DNA of 64,000 nucleotides from Comamonadaceae bacterium (GTDB lineage Bacteria > Pseudomonadota > Gammaproteobacteria > Burkholderiales > Burkholderiaceae_C), in contig CANFXC010000002.1 in assembly GCA_947450765.1 (NCBI GenBank), positions 21,094-85,093 of the forward strand. Reading direction: 5' to 3'. Of this stretch, positions 32,801-41,441 are shown piece by piece; the stretch's first letter is position 1; each line of letters begins with the position of its first letter. Made by a program: the position numbers and the translations under genes. The notes under the pieces were generated by a model, which was given only the letters and a program-made list of their open reading frames with translations, did not search any database and had not been told where the DNA came from.

Positions 32801-34491
32801 GTCACAAGCCCATGCCCCTGCCACCCGCCCCGACCAAACGTGCCGCCCTGCTTTCAGCCGACGCTTTGAACGCGCCTGCACGCCCTTCTGCTAAGGCTGG
32901 CCGAAAATCAGGGCCTGTTGACGTACCCGTTAGATCCCGCCCGCTGCCACTGGAGAAACACCCGGTAGTTGAGCCTGAGCAACCGATCGCCTTTTTAGAG
33001 AAAACAGAAAAAACGCGTCCAAGCCCGGTCAAGTCGTTGTCAACCCATGCCAAAAAGGAAACGCCAGCGCCAGCAGCCAAGCTTCGCAAGCCAAAAGCCA
33101 GCGGACCGACAAAACTATTTGTTCTCGACACCAACGTGCTGATGCACGACCCGATGTGCCTGTTCCGCTTTGAAGAGCACGACATCTTTTTGCCGATGAT
33201 TGTTCTGGAAGAACTCGACGGTCACAAAAAAGGCATGAGCGAAGTGGCGCGCAATGCGCGTCAAACCAGCCGCACGCTGGACGCACTGGCCGGCGCGCAA
33301 GGCGCAGACATTGCCAAAGGCTTGAGCTTGGACACGACCGGGCATACAGAAGCGCGCGGCTCCTTGCTGTTTCAAACCCGACCACTCGACTACACACTGC
33401 CCATGAGCCTGCCGCAAGGCAAGGCTGACAACCAGATTTTGGGCGTCGTGGAAGCCCTGCGCAAAGAACAAGCACCGCGTGAAGTGGTGCTGGTATCGAA
33501 AGACATCAACATGCGCGTCAAGGCTCGCGCCCTTGGCCTGCTCACCGACGACTACCAAAATGACAAGACGCTGGAAGACGGCGATCTGCTGTACCCGGGG
33601 TCCCTGGCGTTGCCGACTGATTTCTGGACCCAGCAAAGCAAAACGATTGAAAGCTGGCAGCAAGGCAGCCACACCTTCTACCGCATCACCGGCCCGATCG
33701 TACCCAGCCTGATGATCAACCAGTTTGTCTACTTTGAGGCCCCTGGCGAGCCACCGCTGTATGCGCGAGTGACGGAAATTCGGGCCAAAACCGCGGTACT
33801 CAAGACGCTGAAGGATTTCAACCATCTTAAAAATGCGGTCTGGGGTGTGACCACGCGCAACCGCGAGCAAAACTTCGCGATGAACCTGCTGATGGACCCG
33901 GAAGTCGACTTCGTCACGCTCGCCGGCAATGCGGGTACCGGCAAGACCTTGATGGCGCTGGCCAGCGGTTTGACGCAAGTGCTGGACGACCGGCGCTACA
34001 CCGAGATCATCATGACGCGGGCCACCGTTTCAGTCGGTGAAGACATCGGCTTTTTACCGGGCACCGAAGAAGAAAAAATGGGCCCATGGATGGGCGCACT
34101 GGACGACAACCTCGAGGTGCTTGGCAAGACAGAAAGTGGCTCCGGTGAATGGGGTCGCGCCGCCACCAATGAACTGATCCGCTCGCGCATCAAGGTCAAA
34201 AGCATGAACTTCATGCGCGGCCGCACCTTCCTCAACAAGTACGTGATCATTGACGAAGCGCAGAATTTGACGCCCAAGCAAATGAAGACACTCATCACCC
34301 GGGCCGGGCCGGGCACGAAGATCATCTGCATGGGTAATCTAGCCCAGATTGACACGCCGTACCTGACTGAAGGTTCTTCAGGCCTGACTTACGCGGTGGA
34401 CCGGTTCAAGGGTTGGCCGCATGGGGGCCACATCACCCTGGCACGTGGCGAGCGTTCGCGGCTGGCGGACTTTGCCAGCGAAGTTTTGTAA
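32797..34491 (+). CDS. PIN-domain + PhoH ATPase protein (PhoH2/YlaK type)
   Basis: PIN: VLDTNVL, VLEELD, DNQIL, VSKDINMR. PhoH: GNAGTGKT, IGFLPG, MRGRT, IIDEAQN. Basic Pro-rich N-terminal extension. Start GTG 32797 or ATG 32812. Confidence 0.9.
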   Translation: MSHKPMPLPPAPTKRAALLSADALNAPARPSAKAGRKSGPVDVPVRSRPLPLEKHPVVEPEQPIAFLEKTEKTRPSPVKSLSTHAKKETPAPAAKLRKPKASGPTKLFVLDTNVLMHDPMCLFRFEEHDIFLPMIVLEELDGHKKGMSEVARNARQTSRTLDALAGAQGADIAKGLSLDTTGHTEARGSLLFQTRPLDYTLPMSLPQGKADNQILGVVEALRKEQAPREVVLVSKDINMRVKARALGLLTDDYQNDKTLEDGDLLYPGSLALPTDFWTQQSKTIESWQQGSHTFYRITGPIVPSLMINQFVYFEAPGEPPLYARVTEIRAKTAVLKTLKDFNHLKNAVWGVTTRNREQNFAMNLLMDPEVDFVTLAGNAGTGKTLMALASGLTQVLDDRRYTEIIMTRATVSVGEDIGFLPGTEEEKMGPWMGALDDNLEVLGKTESGSGEWGRAATNELIRSRIKVKSMNFMRGRTFLNKYVIIDEAQNLTPKQMKTLITRAGPGTKIICMGNLAQIDTPYLTEGSSGLTYAVDRFKGWPHGGHITLARGERSRLADFASEVL

Positions 34492-34506
34492 GCAACAACG
34501 CCCATC

Positions 34507-34545
34507 AAAAACCCGGCGATGCCTTGCGGCACGCCGGGTTTTTTT
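34507..34545. terminator. Bidirectional intrinsic terminator
   Basis: AAAAACCCGGCG...CGCCGGGTTTTTTT between phoH2 and phaR. Confidence 0.85.
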
Positions 34546-34572
34546 GCGTCCTGAGTGCGCTGAATTGATATG

Positions 34573-35100
34573 TCAGCGCTTGAGACCAAACGCGGTCAGC
34601 ATCTGTTCACTCTGCTTTTGCATTTGCTCCTGCATTTGCGAAAAAAGTGATTTCGACTGCTCGACATAAGTCCCCATCATGCCCTGCATCATCGGTGACT
34701 GAGCCTTCATGAGTTGAGCCCATGTCTCAGGCGACATCCCTTTGGACTGCTCGCTCATCTTGACTTGCAAGTCCATGAAGGACTCGACGTTTTTCTCAAG
34801 GTACGCCCCCATGAAACCTTGCATGGCGTTGCCGTAGAAACGAATGATATTGGCCAGCACCGCTTCAGTGAACATCGGCGCACCGCCGGTCTCTTCTTCG
34901 AGGATGATTTGCAGCAAAATACTGCGTGTCAGGTCTTCGCTGCTCTTGGCATCGCGCACCATAAAGACCGCGCCACTCATCACGAGCTGGCGCACATCCG
35001 TCAAAGTGATGTAGGTCGAGGTGGCGGTGTCGTAGAGACGACGGTTCGGATATTTCTTGATCACACGAACTGGCACGGCCTTGATCTCAGGACTCTTCAT
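34573..35100 (-). CDS. phaR: Polyhydroxyalkanoate synthesis repressor
   Basis: RVIKKYPNRRLYDT, EDLTRSILLQII, IIRFYG. Confidence 0.92.
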   Translation of the reverse strand: MKSPEIKAVPVRVIKKYPNRRLYDTATSTYITLTDVRQLVMSGAVFMVRDAKSSEDLTRSILLQIILEEETGGAPMFTEAVLANIIRFYGNAMQGFMGAYLEKNVESFMDLQVKMSEQSKGMSPETWAQLMKAQSPMMQGMMGTYVEQSKSLFSQMQEQMQKQSEQMLTAFGLKR

Positions 35101-35350
35101 TGGTTCGGCACCAGATTCAACGGTGCTATTTTTGATTTTGGACAAGTTCTGATTCCTTAGGAGACAAGAGTTAGCGCAACCCATTTTAGAAAGCTCCGGA
35201 CTGCTTTCTTCCCTTGGTTTACCCTTGAGCTTACCTTGTCTCCTCGTCACCACGGTGAGCTCAACCCGTGCCTGAGCCCACCGACCATCGCCCGGCGTTC
35301 ACAGCCACAGTGCGACGTGACGGTGGTCACCGGTTGCGCCGCTGTCGCAC

Positions 35351-36868
35351 TCATTTGTCCCAAACCGGCTCTTGCGGCAGCTCTTGTGTCGCCAATGGCA
35401 GCTTCAGGCCCACGGTGATGACTTCACCATCGACCATGCTGCGAACGCTTAGTTCAGCATAGTCAAGCGCGACGCGATCACCCACCACCAAGGGCCTTTT
35501 GACAACTTTGGCCAACCACACATCAACGCACAAGTCGGCGTCCAAAGGGGTTTTCAAGCGGTAAAAGTCGCACAGCTCGGCAACGCTCACGTTGGCTTGC
35601 AGTGTGAAGTCGCCGAAGGTGGCGCGGACACTCGTTGTATCGTCATGGGCTGGCAACAACACGCCCATTCGACGTGCAAACCAGCCGATGGTGCTTCCTT
35701 GAAGAACCAGTGACGCCAGCACCACCACGAAGGCCACGTTGAAGATAATGCGTGCCTCCGGCAAGTTGGCCATGAACGGGAAGATGGCGAGAACGATGGG
35801 GACGGCACCCCTGAGCCCGACCCATGAGATGTAGGTGATTTCTTTGGAAGAAAATCGCAAGGGGTACAAGCAAATGAACACAGCCAGCGGTCTGGCAATG
35901 AACATCAACATGGCCGCCACGCCCAATGCGGGCCAGATCGTACCGACGATTTCTGAAGGCGTCACCAGCAAACCAAGCAGCACAAACATCAGTGCTTGCG
36001 ACAACCAGGCATAGCCGTCAAGGGCAGACAGCGCCGACTTGACAATCTCAGGCACCCGACGATTCAGCACAATACCAAAAAGATAGACCGCCAAAAAGCC
36101 CGAGCCACCGACCCAGGTGGTGAATGCGAAGACAACCAAACCGGCCATGGCCAGCAACAAGGCGATGACTGAACCGATTTCCTGAATTTTGGGGAGTTTT
36201 GGCAGCAACAATGCAAAGACACGCCCGATGCCGATGCCCAGCAAACCACCCCAGAAAAATTGCTGGACCAGGGACGTGGCAAAACTGGTGAAGGTCAGAT
36301 CGCTCGCAGCACCCGTGGCTGCAGCCGTCGCCAAGCCGATCAAGGTCAAGGTCAGATAGACAGCCATCGGGTCATTAATACCAGACTCGATCTCCAAGGT
36401 GGCGGCAACACGTTCGTTCAGCTGAACGTCTGAGGTCTTGAGCAAGGAAAAAACGGCTGCAGCATCGGTTGAGCCGACAACAGCACCGAGTAAAAAAGCG
36501 CTTGTCCAACTGAGATCCAGTAAGAAGACGGCGGCAACAGCGGTGAAAGCGGCCGTCAGAGCGACACCCAGTGAGGCCAGCAACAAGGCCGGTTTCAAAC
36601 CCGTGCGAAATGTCGGGTAATGGGTTCGCAGTCCGCCATCCAGCAAGATGATGACGAGTGCAATGTTTCCCACCCAGAAGCTGAGCCGGTAATCGTCAAA
36701 GTCCAGTCCGCCGGGACCATCGACACCAGCGAAAATGCCAGTCAACAAAAAAGCCAGCAAAAAGGAAAATCCAACCCTTGTCGAGAAAACGCCAGCCAGC
36801 ACACTGATGAAAATCAATGCTGAAGCAGCCAACAATGGCAAGCTGAGAAAGTCTAAATTCAAGGTCAT
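35351..36868 (-). CDS. cvrA: K+/H+ antiporter (CvrA/NhaP2)
   Basis: ILLDGG, STDAAAVF, LEIESGINDP, WVGLRGAVPI, short C-terminal cytoplasmic domain. Confidence 0.88.
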   Translation of the reverse strand: MTLNLDFLSLPLLAASALIFISVLAGVFSTRVGFSFLLAFLLTGIFAGVDGPGGLDFDDYRLSFWVGNIALVIILLDGGLRTHYPTFRTGLKPALLLASLGVALTAAFTAVAAVFLLDLSWTSAFLLGAVVGSTDAAAVFSLLKTSDVQLNERVAATLEIESGINDPMAVYLTLTLIGLATAAATGAASDLTFTSFATSLVQQFFWGGLLGIGIGRVFALLLPKLPKIQEIGSVIALLLAMAGLVVFAFTTWVGGSGFLAVYLFGIVLNRRVPEIVKSALSALDGYAWLSQALMFVLLGLLVTPSEIVGTIWPALGVAAMLMFIARPLAVFICLYPLRFSSKEITYISWVGLRGAVPIVLAIFPFMANLPEARIIFNVAFVVVLASLVLQGSTIGWFARRMGVLLPAHDDTTSVRATFGDFTLQANVSVAELCDFYRLKTPLDADLCVDVWLAKVVKRPLVVGDRVALDYAELSVRSMVDGEVITVGLKLPLATQELPQEPVWDK

Positions 36869-37110
36869 TTGGTTGCTTATTATCCGAGAACCGTCTGATA
36901 CTCAGAAAAATAAAAATACCAATTGCCTAAATAAATCATTCCAATGCCTTCAGCATTAATTTAAAAGTATTTTTTGACAAGCAACTGGGCGGGCAGCTTT
37001 TACGCTTTTACGAATAGTGAGGACATCAAATCGACAAACCCTTGGAAGCCATGCCTTGAGAGTTCATGGGGTACCATTTAACGTGTGAGGCTACGCCCTC
37101 CCCCGCATCA

Positions 37111-37152
37111 GGGACACAATGTCCGGGACGTCCCGGCCCTTTTTCAGGAGGG
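37111..37152 (+). ncRNA. Possible variant guanidine-II (mini-ykkC)-like leader
   Basis: CCGGG-ACGT-CCCGG hairpin just upstream of the gdx SD. The loop differs from the canonical ACGR and the second hairpin is unclear. Confidence 0.35.
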
Positions 37153-37158
37153 TTAAAG

Positions 37159-37479
37159 ATGGCCTGGTTTTTTTTATTCATCGCCGGTTTGCTGGAAGTC
37201 GTTTGGGCGTTCTATATGAAACAGTCACACGGTTTCACGCGCGTTGTGCCCACGGTGATCACCCTCATCACCATGCTGTGCAGCTTTGGATTGCTGTCAG
37301 TTGCCATGAAAACGTTGCCCTTGGGCACTGCTTACACGGTCTGGACAGGAATAGGTGCCGTTGGCGCTTTCTTGGTTGGCATCATGGTGCTGGGAGAACC
37401 GCTGACGGCAACCCGCCTACTTGCGGCGATGCTGATCCTGTCAGGGCTGATCCTGATGAAAATGTCCAGTGCGCACTGA
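37159..37479 (+). CDS. sugE: SMR family guanidinium exporter Gdx/SugE
   Basis: AW..LFIAGLLEVVWA..MK, LPLGTAYTVWTGIG, 106 aa, AGGAGG RBS. Confidence 0.9.
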   Translation: MAWFFLFIAGLLEVVWAFYMKQSHGFTRVVPTVITLITMLCSFGLLSVAMKTLPLGTAYTVWTGIGAVGAFLVGIMVLGEPLTATRLLAAMLILSGLILMKMSSAH

Positions 37480-37493
37480 CAGCACCCTCCAGC

Positions 37494-37715
37494 ATGAACA
37501 AACTGAGCCCTAAAAAACTGTTGCTGACCAAATGGACGGCCGTTCAGCCATCACGCAAAGAAAAGCATTTTTTGGTCGCTGAAGTCATCGCACCCGAACC
37601 ACCTGAAGGGCCGCTGGAGTGGGTCGAGCTGGAGGCCGTGCTTTCTAAATCCCGGTACCGTATCGCCTGGCGAGAGTTGAAAAACGCCGACATTTGGCGG
37701 CAGGGTTGGGTATAA
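37494..37715 (+). CDS. Small Trp-rich conserved protein (TIGR02450-like)
   Basis: KLLLTKWTAVQP.RKEKHFLV...ELEAV...WRELK...WRQGW. Confidence 0.75.
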   Translation: MNKLSPKKLLLTKWTAVQPSRKEKHFLVAEVIAPEPPEGPLEWVELEAVLSKSRYRIAWRELKNADIWRQGWV

Positions 37716-37745
37716 AAAAGCCACCTTCATTTTGAAGGCGGCTTT
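37714..37745. terminator. Bidirectional intrinsic terminator
   Basis: AAAGCCACCTTCA-TTT-TGAAGGCGGCTTT between convergent genes. Confidence 0.75.
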
Positions 37746-37764
37746 CAGGGGGACTGACAACAGC

Positions 37765-38898
37765 TTAGTTCAGTGCGGTTTTCTTGCCATCTTTGTAAAC
37801 GTACAAAGTGATCGCCGGATTCTTCAACTCACCGTTCGGCTCAAACGCGATGTGGGTGGTCACCCCTTTGATGTTGGTTTTGATCAGCTCCGGTGTGTAG
37901 ACCTTCGGATCAGTCGACTTGGCACGCTTCATGGCGTCAACCAGGACAAAGGTGGCGTCGTAGGTGTAAGGGCTGTAGATCTGAAACTGGCCCGGATACT
38001 TGGCGTCGTAACGCTTTTTCCAGGCTTCGCCGCCTGGCATCTTGGCCAGTGAGGAGCCACCCTCTGCGCAAACCACGTTGTTCAGTGTTTTTGCCCCCGC
38101 TGCCAAGTTGGCGATGGCGGTCGTGCAGATGCCGTCACCGCCAAAGTACTTGACGTTGCTCATGCCGAGTTGCTCCATCTGGCGCAGCATGGGGCCACCT
38201 TGCGGGTCCATGCCACCGTAAAAAATCGCGTCAGGCGCCTTGGACTTGATGGCCGTCAGGATGGCCATGAAGTCGGTGGCTTTGTCAGTGGTGAACTGCT
38301 CGTCAACAACCTGCATGCCTTTTTGCAGAGCAGTCCTTTTAAAGACAGCCGCAACGCCTTGACCGTAGGCGGTACGGTCGTCAACGATGGCCACTTTTTT
38401 GAGCTTGAGCGTGTCAGCCGCATAAAAAGCCAAGCCCGCACCCAGGGCGTCGTCGTTGGCAATGATGCGGTAAGTGGTCTTGTAGCCAGGCTTGGTCAGG
38501 CTTGGGTTGGTGGCTGCGCCCGTGACATGAGGAATGCCGCAGTCGTTGTAAATCTTGGCGGCAGGAATGGTCGTGCCTGAATTCAGGTGACCGACAACGC
38601 CAGCGACCTTGGAATCGCACAGTTTTTGTGCAGCGGCCGTGCCCTGTTTGGGGTCCGCAGCATCATCTTCGGCCACGATTTCAAACTTGATTTTTTTGCC
38701 AGCAATGACGATGTTCTGCGCATTGAGGTCTTCAATGGCCATGCGCACGCCGTTTTCGTTGTCCTTGCCATAGTGCGCTTGCCCGCCGGACATGGGCGCA
38801 ACGTGGCCAATTTTGACGATCTGCGTCTCTTGAGCAGCGGCTAAACCGGCGCCCAGCGACAAGACGGCGGCCACGGTCAGTTTGAGTTTCAAGTTCAT
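37765..38898 (-). CDS. Branched-chain amino acid ABC transporter substrate-binding protein (LivJ/K family)
   Basis: Signal peptide, EDDAADPKQG, VVGHLNSG, DDRTAYGQG. Confidence 0.92.
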   Translation of the reverse strand: MNLKLKLTVAAVLSLGAGLAAAQETQIVKIGHVAPMSGGQAHYGKDNENGVRMAIEDLNAQNIVIAGKKIKFEIVAEDDAADPKQGTAAAQKLCDSKVAGVVGHLNSGTTIPAAKIYNDCGIPHVTGAATNPSLTKPGYKTTYRIIANDDALGAGLAFYAADTLKLKKVAIVDDRTAYGQGVAAVFKRTALQKGMQVVDEQFTTDKATDFMAILTAIKSKAPDAIFYGGMDPQGGPMLRQMEQLGMSNVKYFGGDGICTTAIANLAAGAKTLNNVVCAEGGSSLAKMPGGEAWKKRYDAKYPGQFQIYSPYTYDATFVLVDAMKRAKSTDPKVYTPELIKTNIKGVTTHIAFEPNGELKNPAITLYVYKDGKKTALN

Positions 38899-38963
38899 AG
38901 TTAGCCTGATGTGTAGAGTAATAAGACGATTGAAAAGACAGTTATCCCAACGCCGAAAGATAC

Positions 38964-38979
38964 AGCAATTTTTGAGCCG
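38964..38979 (-). promoter_or_regulatory. Candidate sigma-54 promoter for the LivJ/K gene
   Basis: Minus strand CGGCTCAAAAATTGCT: GG-N10-GC with TTGC at -12. Confidence 0.4.
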
Positions 38980-39015
38980 GCCATGTTCCAGCTCGCCTTG
39001 GTTGCGGACAACACA

Positions 39016-39453
39016 TCAACGCCGGAACGAATCAGACGATGGCGCTTGGGTTTCTTGCATGACCGCCTGCTTGACCGCGTCAAGGACCGTTTCACTGATA
39101 TGCGCTTTCAAGGCGACCTTGAATGAGCGCATCTGCGACTCGATCGCACTGTCAACCGTCGCCTGCAAACGACTCGCCAGCGACAGTTCAACGCGCAGAA
39201 GAATGCGTTCAAGCATGGCCGGTGCCAGTTCGGTCATGTCCACACCGCGGGAGTCCATGGCAGGCTGCGGTGATGTATTGGGCCCCTCAGGCCAACCTTG
39301 CAGCAGGTTCGCAAACTCGGCGGGCAAAGCCATGGGCGGGATGGCGCCGAGGGGTGTGCTGAAAGGGGTTGGCGCTTGTGGCGTGTCGGGCCGAACCACT
39401 TCAGTCAACGTGGGGACGAAATTCGGCGGGGCGTGTCGTGGCGTGTCGTTCAT
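39016..39453 (-). CDS. Hypothetical protein downstream of holC (DUF2486-like)
   Basis: VPTLTEVV motif, Pro-rich linker, helical C-terminus. 4-bp overlap with holC. Confidence 0.7.
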   Translation of the reverse strand: MNDTPRHAPPNFVPTLTEVVRPDTPQAPTPFSTPLGAIPPMALPAEFANLLQGWPEGPNTSPQPAMDSRGVDMTELAPAMLERILLRVELSLASRLQATVDSAIESQMRSFKVALKAHISETVLDAVKQAVMQETQAPSSDSFRR

Positions 39454-39899
39454 ACGTTCTCGCCCGCACTGCTCAGATCAAATTTCTTCAAAGCGTAACC
39501 CCGGTCTTTGTAGTGCTTCCAACGCTGCCGGGCCGACAACCGATCGTCTTCGGCGCTGCCGACCAATTCGATGAAACGTTCAAAGCGCTCAAAGCCCTCA
39601 GGCACACTTTGCCCGAGGTTGACGAGTACGCCATGGGGAATGCCTTCAAAAGCCGGGTCGGTCAGAGACGTCGCCAACAAAATAGGCGTGACAGCCACAG
39701 TAGCCGGATCAGCATCACTACGGCAATGCGGCAAAAACTCCGTGCTCGAAAACGTCCACAGCATCTGGTCCAGCTGCGCCAACAGGTTGGGCTCGGCGGT
39801 CACCATGATCTTCGCGCCGCCAGCACGCGCCTTGCGCAACAGCCGGCAGCTGTAGGTCAGCTTGTCACCGACGTTGAAGTGAAACTCCACCTCGGTCAT
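39450..39899 (-). CDS. holC: DNA polymerase III chi subunit
   Basis: MTEVEFHFN, LDQMLW....FLPH, VNL, ARQRWKHYKDRGY. Follows pepA. Confidence 0.92.
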   Translation of the reverse strand: MTEVEFHFNVGDKLTYSCRLLRKARAGGAKIMVTAEPNLLAQLDQMLWTFSSTEFLPHCRSDADPATVAVTPILLATSLTDPAFEGIPHGVLVNLGQSVPEGFERFERFIELVGSAEDDRLSARQRWKHYKDRGYALKKFDLSSAGENV

Positions 39900-41398
39900 A
39901 TGCTGACGGTTTTCACTCGTTTCTTGACGGGCGCTTTGGCAACCACGGGCGCTTTTGCCGCCTGCTCCAGCAAATACTCCAGCAGCAACGCCACAGGTCG
40001 ACCGGTCGAGCCTTTGGCCGCGCCGCCTTTCCAGGCTGTGCCAGCAATGTCCAGATGCGCCCAAGGGAATTTGCCCGCAAAACGTTGCAAAAACTTGGCC
40101 GCAGTGACAGCGCCGCCAGCACGGCCAGCGACGTTAGCCACATCGGCAAAGTTGCTTTTCAAGCCATCGGCGTACTCATCGTCCAGCGGCATGCGCCAGC
40201 ACAAATCGAGTGAGCGTTCACCGGCACTCAGCAGAGATTGGGCCAGAGCGTCGTCACTTGAAAACAAGCCGCTGCGCACGGCACCCAAAGCCACCACGCA
40301 GGCGCCCGTCAGGGTGGCGATGTCGACCACGGCGCGGGGCTTGAAGCGCTCCGCATAGGTCAGGGCGTCGCACAAAACCAGCCGGCCTTCGGCGTCGGTG
40401 TTGAGAATCTCAATCGTCTGGCCACTCATGCTGGTGACCACGTCACCGGGCTTGATGGCCTTGCCATCGGGCATGTTCTCGCAAGAAGGAATCAGCCCGA
40501 TCACATTCAGCTTGGGCTGTAATTCACCCAGCGCCCGGAAGGCTCCGAGCACGCTGGCAGCGCCGCACATGTCAAACTTCATCTCGTCCATTTCAGACGC
40601 TGGCTTGATGGAAATACCGCCCGTGTCAAAGGTGATGCCTTTGCCGACCAGCACCACGGGTGCATCCGCTTTGAGGCCGCCGTCATAACGCAACACGATG
40701 AAGCGCAGTGGTTCTTCAGAGCCGCGCGCCACGGCCATGAAGGAGCCCATGCCGAGCTTGGCGACTTCTTTGGGGCCCAGAATCTCGGCCTTGATGCGCG
40801 GCAACTTGGCCAGCTCACGGGCCGCGGCAGCCAGCATGACGGGTGTCGCGTGATTCGCCGGGCGATTGCCCCACTCTTTGGCCAAGGCAATGCCTTTGAC
40901 CAAGCCAACCGCTTTTTCAAATCCGGCTTTGGCCTCAGCGGCACTGGCAACCGCCACCACGACGCGCTGCAGTTTGACCGGTATCACCTTGGATTTGGTA
41001 GCGCTGTAGCTGTAGGCTGCATCACCGCAGGCCACAACGGCGGCCTGCATGTGAGCGGCGCCGGCATCTTTGAGCAGGCTCAGACACAGCACCACGCGCT
41101 GTGCGTTGCCGCCTTTGAGAGCGCCCATGGCTGCGGTCACAGCCGTGCGGATATTTTTAACGCTGCTCTCGCCTACGCCCACGAGAACCACGCGGGTGGC
41201 GGCAATGCCGGTCGTCCGGTAGGCCTGTAACAGCTTGCCGGGCTTGCGCTCAAAGTCACCACTCTGAGTCGCCGCCTCGATGAGCGCCGACAAAGTGTCG
41301 TCACCCTCGGTGACATCCAGCGGCACGAGCACGACCAAGGCGTCACATTTTTCAGTACAGACACGTGCGCGTGTCAAAGTCTTGAGTTCGAAGTCCAT
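39896..41398 (-). CDS. pepA: Leucyl aminopeptidase
   Basis: VGKGITFDTGG, MKFDM, NTDAEGRL, ATLTGA, HLDIAG. Confidence 0.96.
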   Translation of the reverse strand: MDFELKTLTRARVCTEKCDALVVLVPLDVTEGDDTLSALIEAATQSGDFERKPGKLLQAYRTTGIAATRVVLVGVGESSVKNIRTAVTAAMGALKGGNAQRVVLCLSLLKDAGAAHMQAAVVACGDAAYSYSATKSKVIPVKLQRVVVAVASAAEAKAGFEKAVGLVKGIALAKEWGNRPANHATPVMLAAAARELAKLPRIKAEILGPKEVAKLGMGSFMAVARGSEEPLRFIVLRYDGGLKADAPVVLVGKGITFDTGGISIKPASEMDEMKFDMCGAASVLGAFRALGELQPKLNVIGLIPSCENMPDGKAIKPGDVVTSMSGQTIEILNTDAEGRLVLCDALTYAERFKPRAVVDIATLTGACVVALGAVRSGLFSSDDALAQSLLSAGERSLDLCWRMPLDDEYADGLKSNFADVANVAGRAGGAVTAAKFLQRFAGKFPWAHLDIAGTAWKGGAAKGSTGRPVALLLEYLLEQAAKAPVVAKAPVKKRVKTVSI

Positions 41399-41441
41399 AA
41401 TTGAAGCCTAGCAGTTACGCAAAAAAGCAAATAGTCGCTCA

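Noticed and set aside
36869-37065. AT-rich stretch as a possible island boundary or sRNA
   Set aside because: No att site, repeat or clear structure. Consistent with a divergent promoter region for cvrA and gdx.
37119-37715. 198-aa ORF overlapping sugE
   Set aside because: Only the last 73 codons (from ATG 37494) look like a real protein. The rest is an alternative frame of sugE.
39450-40064. 204-aa N-terminally extended HolC, and similarly extended ORFs for argA, lptG, phaR, DUF934 and yggX
   Set aside because: The extensions overlap neighbouring genes or lack family similarity. Downstream starts match the family N-termini.
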